DNA from: Phoronis australis | Taxonomy: Eukaryota > Animalia > Phoronida | DNA: 64,000 bases | Assembly (NCBI GenBank): GCA_002633005.1 | Contig: NMRA01000330.1 | Span: forward strand, 372,001-436,000 | Direction of reading: 5' to 3' | In this document: positions 37,889-50,500 of the stretch, piece after piece | Position numbering within the stretch: position 1 is the first letter of the stretch | Layout of the letters: the number at the start of each line of letters is the position of its first letter | Translations under genes and position numbers: made by a program | The notes under the pieces: model-generated | Databases searched by the model: none | The model's input: the letters and a program-made list of their open reading frames with translations, nothing else | Told to the model about the DNA's origin: nothing

Positions 37889-38507
37889 GGCAACATATTT
37901 CCACTACTCACTGAAAAAGATATATTTATAAATGCATGTACATACGTTGTGTGTATGGAAATAGTTGATGGTGTGCACTACATCTTCTGGTTAAAACACG
38001 GAATAAAGCTTTTTGGTGAGTCATAACATTTAAAATATCTTTACAGTGGAAACCGTTTTGAACAAAACAAAGAATGAAATTGAAATGATGGTAACTTGTA
38101 TGAGACTAAACACGAACGTCACGGCTCTGTATTAATAGTGGTGAATTCACCAACTACGTCTCTTTTAAAACTACACTTGTTCTGCTGCAGTAACACAACG
38201 TTAATGGTATATTCAGTTCATTATGCGTGAGGTACAGTCACTTATAACGACTAAAGAATAAAATATACAAGAAATAAAACATGTTCCTATTTACATCAAT
38301 GACTGCAGATCTTTTTGAGCGACACCTGTAGTTGTAAGTGTCTGGCACGTTTCTAATAATAAATAAATATTAAAAACAATAAGAAAAAAACTCAATACAT
38401 CTGGCACCGGATGTCATATAAAGCTTCGTGATGTCATTTCCTCAGAAATGGCTAATATCTGCCGTAAACGCATGATCACACGCATGCGTAATTATGGTTC
38501 CTACACA

Positions 38508-41500
38508 TCATGGTCGTTCGCCTGCGTTGCAAAGTCCGCAAGAACGCTCACAGTTCTTCTGCATATACTGAGGGTAGAGCTCACAAGCCTTGTTTGCAGC
38601 CCAGTTCTTACAATTTTCCTGTTTGTCAACACACACATCTGAAATCAGTGAGAAACGGGTTTATATTATTTGTCGATGGATGAAAAGTGTAGCAGTGCAA
38701 ACCGCCGCACGCCATGCATAAACACTTCAAAATAGTAAGCTTCAATAAAAGCATACTCTTAGTAGAATACGAATTTGGGTAATAGTCCCGAAGGAATTCC
38801 GCATTTTGAGAACCAGTTTTCTCCACTGAGTATCTGCTATCAAACTGGTTCTCAAAATTCGGGATTCCCGAATTTCAGACAAAAAGGAAGAAAATTTTAC
38901 ATAAGCGCGACATTTGGTGTAACGAATTTATAAACTAAGTGATAACGAATTATAAAGAACAAGTTGAAATGACGCCGGTTGACTCACCTGCAACACACTG
39001 TTCACAGGCCAAAGGGCAATTTTTCAACATGTAGTCGCGACTGGAAATACAAGAACCCGCCTTCGCCCAGCCAACGCATTCTTTTCGCTTGTCGACACAG
39101 TCTGTAAAGGATAAGAGGAAATTCAATGAATATGTCCCTTATAAGGTTCGCTCTGGCTGCTATCATATGAGACATCAAACCCATAGTTATTCAGAGAAGA
39201 GTCTGAACATGGGAATATAGACCTTACTATGAATTTTGTTACCTTTAAACAAGACTAAAGGTGTTCAACTGTCATTAGTTAACGTCGAACGTATGATGGC
39301 GGCATCATTCTGTGGACCACTCATGGCAAATCCAGAGTGCGAGATGTTCTACTAATGTTGTATGAACAAAAACTCAATTGATGACAAAACAGCAGGATAA
39401 AATTTCCAACTTTTCCGCTTTTCAATTGATTACGGGAGCAAGTTCATCGTTTTAGATTTCACACAGAACAAGTCAGAAAACAATTCATTACCTTCACCGC
39501 TTGTGGTTTTATTTTTCCCGCCACTGTCGCCGCCGTTGTTATCACCGCCGTTGTCACCGCCATTATCGCCGCCACCTTGGTTGCAGACCTTGCACGATTT
39601 CTTACAATACAGGTGCATATAACCAGGGTTCTGGTTGCATTGGTTGTGCGCCGCCCAGTCGGGACAATATTCGTTCTCGTCCTTACAGTTGTCATCTGAC
39701 GGAAAGAGAAAATTTCATCTTATGTCGACAGCCGTACGCTGATTGCCGGTGTGTGAACTAAATGTGATGCACGAACATAATGTCTCAGTAAACACAAATC
39801 CATGAGACTGCTTTTTCTCTCTTACGAAAAAAATAGTAATTTGTCAGATCTTATCGATGGAAATAAAACGATGTCCTAAACACGATAAAAGATTTTATAC
39901 TTGAACCAATAGTAACGACAGATGTATTTATGATTCGGTAAGAAGCTATTCCTATGTACTATACGTACACTTGATATTTTGTTTTCTTGGCCGTTTATCA
40001 TCTAATGGACTTTCGTAATTACTACACACCCAGGTGCCGCTAGGCAAACGCAGAGGTGCTTGAAATTTACCTATTACCACAAAGTAAAAGTGACAGAAAA
40101 AAAGGATCCGGATGGGACATCGCAGGGTCTCCTATGGATCCGCGATTGCCGCAACACATTTCAAGAAGATCATGCGACTAACTACACACTCACCGGTCTT
40201 GTCTCCCTCGTCACAGAGTTTGCAGGATTTTTGGCAGAACGCCTTCATCCACTGTGGATTAGATTGGCATTGTCCTACGGAGGCCCAGTTTTCGCACTCT
40301 TGTTCATTTGAATGCAGATTTTTGCCTATGAAGTTAAAGACACTTAGTTCGAGTTCAGTAGGACAGGAGAGAGAGAGAGAGAGTTCGACCACGGAACACA
40401 ATCCTCAACCTAAATATTTAGAAGAGCCCTTAAGCTGACCAATGCCTGGATGAGCTGAGTGTAAGGGAAACCATTTAGGCACGCGCGTGAACGGTACTGG
40501 AGCTAACGCTTCCAAATTGACTCCAGACCAAGTCCGGGGGGTCTTTGTTAATGTTTCACGTTTTGGAATAACATGAGCCCTTGCACCCCCTGTGTACGAC
40601 ACCATCGGACACGGAACTTTCGAATAATTCAATGGACTTCTTACTCATCTCTTATTCGCTAAGTTGAACCGAATACGGAAAAAGGAGTATACCATATCAG
40701 GAAAACAATTTTAAGCGCATTTCAAAATGTATAGAATTTCAGCTATTCATTTACTTTACACATTTAAGAGATGGTCAGCAATTTTAAGGTCAAAACATAA
40801 TTTTTTGAAGCTTCTCGACTAGTGATGAAGACCCATTGCCAACCAAGACATACTTACAGATATTGGCATCTTTTCCACATTTGGCGCAGGCCTTATAGCA
40901 CTCTCTGTTCATGAAGGATGGGTTTCTCTCACACTCGCCGCCAGCCGCCCAGGCTGAGCAGTCTTTGTCGCCTCCGGCCCATTTATTTACGCACTCTCTT
41001 GGTTTCTCTGTGGTTGGGACTGGGGTGGTCGTAACTATCGCTGGCTTCGTGGTGGTAGGCCTATCTTCGCTTCCACACCTAAATGTAAAGTTTCAATTCA
41101 ATATCTAAGTTATAGGCCGGGTAATATCAAGTTCAAATATGAAATTAAAGATTCGCACTTCATGCGAACGCTAACGTTACAAAATACGAGAAAATAAAAC
41201 TGATTGTAACCGCCGCAGGAGAACAAATAAAATATGTAATGTAAAGGACTTTTGCTATCGTAAATAATACCAAAAACAATCCCCAGACTTCTGGTGTACC
41301 CCTAACTTCTCCAATGACTTGTTCTTTATGATCACTGGAGAAAAATGGGTACGAGTGAAAGCAATTTTTATCAATGTTTTACACACAAAATCGCCTTTTA
41401 CATCGTATAACAAAGTTAAAGGCGATACTGACCAAAACGGGGAACGAGATAATAAGTCTGATTGCTTTTTGATGTTTCGAGTACTTATTTAAAATAGATT

Positions 41501-44500
41501 AAATGAATTCCCCTATATAACAGTCTCTGGAGATGCACCAACAAAATGGCAGGCGAAAATCACTTGTCATGAACTTATAAAACAGCCAACAACGCAAATA
41601 CACAGTTCAAAGAGGGCTGAGATTAACAAAATGTTCTTAAATGGTGATAAATCTCTCGATTCACGAAACTCTTAAGACCCGTGTTAGGAACTAGTGAAAC
41701 CAATTTCAAGAAAAGTGTCTTAATTGGCTGTGTGTTACTATACTTACACGCACTCTTTCCTGCAGTTACTCAACATAAAGGCTGCGTTGGAGACGCAGTG
41801 ATCTTCAGCAGCGAACGCCGCACAGTCTGCGTCAGCCGCTACGTTCTTACATCGCTTGCCTTTGCAGATAGTTTCACCACAGGAGAGTCTACAGTTCTTC
41901 ATCATCCATTCCGGGTTAGTGTCGCACTGGCCAGCCCCAGCCCACACAAGACATTCGTCACGTTTTTCGTGAATATCCTCGCAAACCCCTGGCCTGGGAG
42001 TCGGCAGCTGGCGACATCCGCAAGACTTGTTGCAATTGGCCAACATCCACTCCATGTTGTTCTTACATTCTCCTTCAGCAGCCCATTTGTTACACTGGGC
42101 ATCATTCTTGTAGAAGTTCTTACATTGGTCCTTGTCCCCGCCGCCGCCGCCGCCGGTTGTTTTGCACCCGCAAGACTTATTACAGTTGACTAACATCCAC
42201 AATGGATTGTTTGTACACTCACCCTGCTTAGCCCAGGCGTCACATTCTATAGTGCTGGAATGCTTATTTCTACACGCGTCACCTCCGCCACTCGTTTCAT
42301 TCTTTTTACAAAGTCCGCATGATCGTCTGCAGTTGTTCGCCATCCATACAGGATTCTTTTCACACTCCTTCGCCGAAGCCCAGATATCACACTGACTACT
42401 GTCCTTATAAGTATTCTTACACACCTTATCACCATCTCCAGAATCCTCCCCGCAGCCACAAGACTTCTTGCAGTTCTTCAACATCCATGTCGGGTTTGTT
42501 TTGCATTCGCCAGACTTAGCCCAGTTATCGCATTTCGCGGAATCGTAAAAATTCCGGCACTTCCCGTCAACACCCGTATCGTTGCTGCATCCGCACGACT
42601 TTTTGCAGTTCGCCAACATCCACGAGGGGTTACTTGAGCATTCACCTTGCAGAGCCCAAGCATCACACTCGGCGGAATCGTGGACGTTTCTACACTTCCC
42701 ATCATCTCCACCCCCATTTCCGTTCTGGTTAACGCATCCGCACGACATGTTACAATTGACAAGCATCCATTTTGGGTTGGCTTTACACTCTCCGTTTTTA
42801 GCCCAGTTGTCACATTCAGCAGTGCTGTGTAGGTTAGTACAGTTCTTTGCTCCACCGTTACCATCCCCACATGACCCGCATGACTTCTTACAGTTCACTA
42901 ACATCCATGAAGGATTTGTCTTACACTCCCCCGCTTTAGCCCAGCCAGCGCACAGTGCGTCGTTGTGCTTGTTCTTGCATTCGCCACTATCGCCGCCGCC
43001 GGCGACGCAGCCGCAAGACTTATTGCAGTTCTTCAACATCCACTCGGCATTAACTTCACATTCCCCGGCTTTAGCCCAGTTGTCGCATTTTGTGCTGTCA
43101 TATGTATTTTTGCACTTGCCTCCGTCGCTCCCGCCACCGTTATTTCCGCCCCCACAGACGCCGCAAGCCACCTTGCAATTTTTCAACATCCAAGTAGGGT
43201 TGTTTTTACATTCCCCAGTTTTAGCCCATGCGTTACACTCCTCACTGTCATGAAGGTTCTTGCAATCGCCATTATCTCCGCCATCGATAGATTTGCAACC
43301 ACATGACTTGTTGCAGTTTTTCTGCATCCAATCCGGGTTCTTTTCGCACTCACCCTTGGCAGCCCAGTTGTCGCACTCTCCGCTGCTATGGACGTTCTTA
43401 CACGCATCTTTGTCACCTCCACCATCCTCACCACAGCCACACGATTTCTTGCAGTTGACTAACATCCACGTGGGATTAGCTTTACATTCGCCACTCTTCG
43501 CCCAAGCAGCACACTCGGCAGTGTCGTGGACATTTTCACAGTCACCCTCTGTGTCAGCGAAACATAAGATTGCATTAGGACATGATTAGTGACTTTGCAG
43601 AAGTGTTCTAATTAATAATTTGAGCACCATAAACTTGAATATCTTTCGAAGTGACGCTACAGATTTGATTGATTTCCCCCGTCATCAAGTCTAAAATGTC
43701 GATTGTTAGGAGAAAGACAAATTTCTATGATTACAGGTGGTTTCTCATATAAAGAGATTAAGTTTGTAAGCACGAGGATTAAAAGAACTGGAGGTAAACA
43801 CAATTTTGTCATTGGCTTGAAACGCAAATAAGTGCAAAACCCGATGTTGACATGTTGATAGCACTGTCAATTTTGGTAGACGGAAAATATAAGGCATGGA
43901 ATGAAATACGCGCGTTTCTTCACAGCAGACATATTTTACAGGTACATAATTCTTTATTCTAGGAATCTACATGGAACCTTAAAATGATCAATGGCACGTA
44001 CCCTCGTCCGTGTCTCCGTCTCCGTCTCCCTCGCAGCCAGAACAAGCCTTGTGGCAATTTGGTTTCATCCATGTCGGGTTGGCGGCACACTCGCCAGATG
44101 ACGCCCAGTCCTTACACTTTTTATCGTTGCCATATTTGTTGACGCAAGGGACCTTAGGTTCAGGCACGTCTAAAACGGAACCGAAAATTGTTCAATGTGG
44201 CGCGCCTTCCAGTCATGACACATTTTTCATTAAAAATCACGTGGTAGGTTACTGTTAACAAGACATTTGAGACACAGGTTCGAATTGTAAAAACCTTAAA
44301 ATGTAAATTCTGCTATGTTATCAATGTAATGTTTAAAATCAAACTGTCATACTAAGATAGCCATACTTATGTAAGAACATTTTAACGAAACTTGCTGAGG
44401 TTGATTTTCCGATGACAATGTCTGTCCAATACTCACCAGAACAAATACTCGACTTGCATGCTTTTTCACAGTTTGGCAACATCCAATTTGGGTTGATGTG

Positions 44501-47500
44501 GCACTCGCCTTCTTTCGCCCATTGATCACACTTAGCATTGTTTGAGTATTTGTTCAGGCAGTCGCCCCGTGGGCACACAGCCTGTGAACACGCCTCGCGA
44601 CAGTTACTCAGCATCCACGCGGCGTTAGTCAGGCACTCGCCATCAGTCGCCCATTTTTGGCATTCCCTGTCCTTAGGATGAAGATTTTTGCATCCAACTA
44701 GAAAAAATTAAACAGTCTCATATTTTAGTTTGAGGAAATGTTATTGAAAATCACACAGTTTAGACTGTTAATATATTTTAAAGCAATACGAGTGTAAATT
44801 ATTTGAACATGATACGGTGGTGATTAGCGTATTTTTTCAAAATAATGTGCAGTCTTGTCATTAATAATTTAAACACGATATTTGTGTTGTTGTTTATGAT
44901 ATTGACAATGATAAGAGTGCTGGTGTTGATATTTTTTGAAAACGATAAACTTGTGTTTAGTAATGATTTTAACTGATACGGGCACGCTTGTTTTAAACAA
45001 TAATTGTGACAACAATACGACTTTGGTAGTTAAAACACTAAAAGTCGGGATTGACTCAGTTTCGCTGTAAATATTTTGAAACGAAACATTTGTCTTCACT
45101 AAGGTGTATTGCCAGATTATTATAAACATATTTTAGGAATTATTAATTTGAAAATTTTTATGCATTACAAAGTATTTTTGTAAAGTCTATCTCAATACAC
45201 AGAACTAAACTATTGTGACTGTTGGATTTTCCAACAAACGTCGATCCTTGCGTCAAAATCTCACACTACGTGAATTTTAATGACGATTAGTGCTATATTG
45301 TAACCATCAGGCCTACTCGTTAAGAAAGCCGGGGATTGTCGGTTCAGTAGAATCCGTGACTACTGTTGCAAGTAAAACTAACATCGTTGTCATGCAAACC
45401 TACACTAGTTATTCAAATTATAGCAAAGTAATGCACACGAATAAATAAAGCTGTAGATTTATCTCCCCCGTAGTTTTATCTCCAATTTTCAAACTCACAT
45501 CCTGGTATATTTCCACACCTTCCACACGCCTTTTTGCAATTCTTATTCATGAAATCCGGGTTACTGTCACACTGGCCCACCGATGACCATGCGTAGCACT
45601 CAGCCTCGTCTTCGTGCAAGTTGACGCATTTTTCGTCTGCTTCGCACGTTTGGCAGGATTCGCGACAATTGGCCAGCATCCAATGCTTGTTCTTGCGACA
45701 TTCTCCGTTTATCGACCAAATTTTACACTGTTTCTTGTCATACAAGTCCACGCAATCTTCTACAATGACAAATATTTTTGATTGAAATATTTTCTCAATA
45801 TAAGAATGAACACTGGGTACACTAGTCTCAATTAATTAGAATCTAGTTATGACGATGACAACGACAATACTAACATAGTAAAACATAGAATTTGGAAGTG
45901 GTTTGAATTGACCAGCTTTCAGTGATTACATCACTTTGTGACGAATCGAAACTTGTAACTTAGTTGATATGAAAAATGACTCGGTACAAAATGCGGTATT
46001 AATTGCTTTCGCGACCACTGACACTTCTGTCTTCTGAGTGGCTAAAACGCAACACAATGACTTCCGTTATCAGATGACGTAAACCGTTTCGTTTTAGCCG
46101 CCCAGACGACAGAGGCCACGACGAAGAAAACAGATGACTGAATTTTTGTCGACGGTGAATTATTGTAAATGACTGAGTGTGATGACGAGAAGAATAATGC
46201 TTACTCGGGTTCTTGTCGCACCAACCGCACGCCTGAGGGCACTTGACTAACATCCATGCCGGAGACGCGGTACACTCTCCCGCGTAAGCCAAAGCTTGGC
46301 ACTCTTCTCGTCCATGTGGATTTGGGCAGTTACCTAGACACATAAGGCAAAAAAAATATGACACGAACGAAAACATAGTTCAGAAGCAAATGACGTAAAA
46401 AAGTGGATGAAAAGTTTGCACTCAGTGACTCCTGTTGGTCGAAAGTGTGAGAGAATGTTTACTGGCTGTCTCATTTTTAAAAGTTTAGGGTGGGATTCAC
46501 TGCTCATGTTGAACTTTGCACGTGGTCCAGGTAGACTTAGGAAATTCTTGAAACTCACCTTTCCCCAAAGTTCTGTTTCCACTGAAGTCTATGCCACACT
46601 TTCCACACGCCTTCCGGCAGTTCGGGATCATCCAAATGGGATTCAGTGTGCACTCTAAATCTTTGGCCCACTTGGCACATTTAGCGTCGTCGTGTTTGTT
46701 AAAACAGTCTGAAAGCATCGCACGCATGCAGCGTAAGAATTCATGGTTTACAGTAAGAATTCCTCAATAATCCTTCTGCTCAAAGTTGCTAGAGAAAGTT
46801 TTGGCCAATATGGAGCGAAAAGGTGTCACGCATTACAAATCCATCGCCCATATTATGGTGTCTTTAGTGCTATGCAATTACAAAGGCATATAGTGGATAA
46901 AACGTTAGGGTGGTAAAACCGTTAAAAGACAAATTTAAGTGTTCAAGTTTACGTTTGTGTTGCTTGCTAAGTGTAGAAAATACACATGCACCCATTCTGT
47001 TGTGGAAGAATAAACATTATCATTTCGGTTGTTGTCGTTTGAAATTAAAAAAAATCCAACTTACTAGCGTCAGGTCCGCTTCCTCCACCGACCTGGCAGC
47101 TATCCGTGCCGTCTTTGCAGAGACATCGGCAGTTTTTGTCCACGATGCCGCCATTATTGCATCTGATGTTTTTAGGACAATGAGCTGCCAACATGAATGA
47201 AGTGAATAAATATTAGCGACGCGAATAAGCCGACTTGCATGATGAGCAAGATTTCGATTTTTGTTTATATATCACCGTCAGAACATTTACGTTGGAGAAA
47301 ATAATGCGTTGGCGTCATTTTACGTAGGATCAATTACAACAGAACGGTACAACAACTTAATTTTGCAGCAAAACTGTTTGGGCACATGGAAAACGGAATG
47401 AAAAAATGAATTGGAAACCTAATCTTTTAAGTGCATTATTTTGTCTGGTCTTCGCAATCTTGCAGTTACAATATGTACAACGAAAACAGCCAAAATTTTC

Positions 47501-50500
47501 AGTTTTTCAATCTCCTAGAAGAAATGGACGGCACAGTGTGTCCGGATGTAAACTCACCATTGCACTTGTATAGTTTGTTAACAATCTTGATGTCAGAAAA
47601 GGCCAACTCCTTTTTGAAGACTGTGCCTATTGTGTGTTCTTTGGACTTGTCTTTAGCGTGGATGGTCTGCGATACGCCGTCCTTTGAAAACGCCTGAAAG
47701 TGACATGTAAGTCATCACGTGATTGCTAATGGGTGTCCACAAATGAGCAAATGAGAGACCTAGGGTGGCACTGAACATTTAGGCTACGTCCGTGGCCAAT
47801 ATGCAATGCCAAAATATTAAAATCTAGACGTAGGCCAGGGTGAAAGGGTGATGAGTCCATTGACAAGGCAAACCCCTGTGAGAACTGTTCTGTGCCCGCT
47901 AGAGGACACTGACCGCGGCTCTTATGGCCGGAAAAACGTGGAGGACTCACCAACATCTAAGAAAATACGAAGTGACTGCATTCCATTGCAACAATTTTCC
48001 TTCTCACGATTGTAAGTTTCAAATGTGGTTACGGTTGGATTTTCAACTATTTTGTTTCGTGGACAAACCGATGTGTTATACCAGCGGCGCAGGTGCCTTT
48101 GTTTTACTTTTCAACCGTTGTCTCTTGGGCAAACGGAACTTCAAAAGCCGACAGGAGAGTTTCTTTATAAAGTCACAGAGTTGCGTGCCACTTCAGAAAC
48201 TTACCGTTATACCATAATGCATTACGCTTGATAGTTCATACTCCACGTCACGACTATCTATCTGTTTATCCGGGTATTTGTCGAACCATTGCCGCCACTC
48301 GGGTTTCACGTTGTCTAACTGTATAGTGATGTAGTCGTCTCTCTGTGGTAGTTGATGTTCGTGCACCAGTCCTAGCGCGTGACCGATTTCGTGTAAGTAA
48401 AGCCCTTTCTGCAAGTGTAATGAAAGTTTCGTTGACTACTTATCGTTTTCGTAGTAGCTTGCAATTTTGCTATTATGATTAAAAACATAGACAGATATAA
48501 CTAGGTAAATTCAAAGTTTTATAATTATTTCTTTAATTAGACACCAGGGATTCAGCATATACATCTGCTGACTTTTTCAACCACCCGCACAGGCTGTTGT
48601 AAATCATATTTGTTTGTAAGCACACATCCCCATAAAACGCATGTCGCAGAGAACCGCAATAAACACTGAATCTGAGACGAGCGTGATTCTCTACGATTTC
48701 ATGTTTATGTAGTTCCTATGGTTGAGGCGCTTTTACATTTTACGCGGTTGGATAAACTAATTTGTCTGTGACATACATATCTGCATCCAGGTGCTTCCAA
48801 GTTTAGTGCCTGGGGTCCAATACTGGCGTTGCCTAGCAACGAATTACACCCAATCCCATTCTGGAAGCGCACGTAGTGAACGTCATCGTCAGTCGCCTCT
48901 CTGAACTTGACACAAGTAAAGTGCTCCCACTCGTCCATAGCCAGACGGATGATGGCACGATCTTTTTGACCTGAAAACACGCCGAGAACTTTACATAACG
49001 AATATAAGGAAATTGTGGGCTCTAAGGACAATGTACAATGTGAACAGATTATGAATATTGTACCATTACCCATAACATGGTGGTGAGACAGTACTGGTAC
49101 GCACCGTCGGAATAAGTTGTGCTACGGAACACGATGCTTTCTGTTTCTTACCTCAGAGGTTGCTTCATTCATTGCATTCAGTGCGCATTCATCGCGTAGA
49201 TTTTTGAAATAGATATAGGGTATCAGATTACTTGAGGCATTGCATTAGAACATGTCAGAAGGGCAATCGCCAATCTAACTTCGTAAATGTCGAACTATCA
49301 TGGCATTGGAAATCATGACAAAGGCGCCAATGATGCGTATGAAAATAATCGTTTTCTCTTCCGATTTCTGCAGTTGATTTCGCCGATGCTTAACGACTGA
49401 CAATGCATTAAAATCATCATAAATTTGACTCACTAAAATCCCATGGCACCAATTTGTACGGCATTGTGGCATTTCGCCAGAGATTGGCTTCGTCCCGATA
49501 GGCGTGGCGGCGCAAACGTAGCGGACGACTGAAAAACATTTCTGACAATGAAAATAACACAAGGCGTAAAACGACTAACACTTACAGTCAATCACTTGAT
49601 AAAAGTCTGTGTTATTTCACTGATAATTCAATAAACCAATCAGACATTAATGTTTTGTTTCTCAATTTAAAACATATTTTGTTAAAAAGTGAGGTCATGA
49701 AATCTATACATTTACATGAAGGCCTACATGAAGGAGAATGCCACATAGTGTGAATGTGACATGCGCAGTAAGCTACCAAGGGGACACATTTACCTCCGCT
49801 TTGGGTAAAGTCTGCGGAACTGAAGGGGCGACAACACCATATCGAACTCTGCTAGCTGCCCGTCTAGTTTTGTGAGAGGCGGCGGCCCGCCGTCATCACT
49901 GGCTTCTGCAAAATTAGAAGCCCATTGGATTAGTAACAGTTATACGCTAATCATTGCCAAGATGACTAAGAATAAGTTGCAAGCATAACATTATGCACTT
50001 ATTACACTGTGCTTGTCATTTCTAGAGAATTTTCTACATCTTACTCGGAGTTAGTCGATGTACTTAGACAAAAGATTCTATATTTTCAAACACTGGAACG
50101 TTGAACATTCAGTTGCGATTCATTGCGCGGTTTATCAAATACGCACAAGAACACAGGTCGCCTACTAAACTTGTTGTTACTGGGCTAATTAAACTCACGT
50201 AGAAATCTTAGAAATACATGCCAACAATGACAGCAATTAATAAACGTTTTCAGATGACGTATGATCAACCACAAATTAAACTCACATAGAAATCTTGGGA
50301 ATACATACCAACAATGTCAGCAGTAAACGTTTTACATGTAGATGACGCATGATTTGCACAATCACTTACCCAGAGATCTCTGCAGTTGTTCATAAATAAG
50401 TTGGTCCATAGTTTTAGTTGTGAACTCTTCACTTTCAAGAAGGCTAATCATTGACGGGGATTTGTTGAACGGCAACGATTCTATTGGCAAGATCTGAAAA

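Noticed and set aside
41681-43589. Long plus-strand ORFs (e.g. 42582-43253, 223 aa; 41681-42193, 170 aa)
   Set aside because: Antisense shadows of the repetitive ShKT exon with no independent domain signal or splice context.
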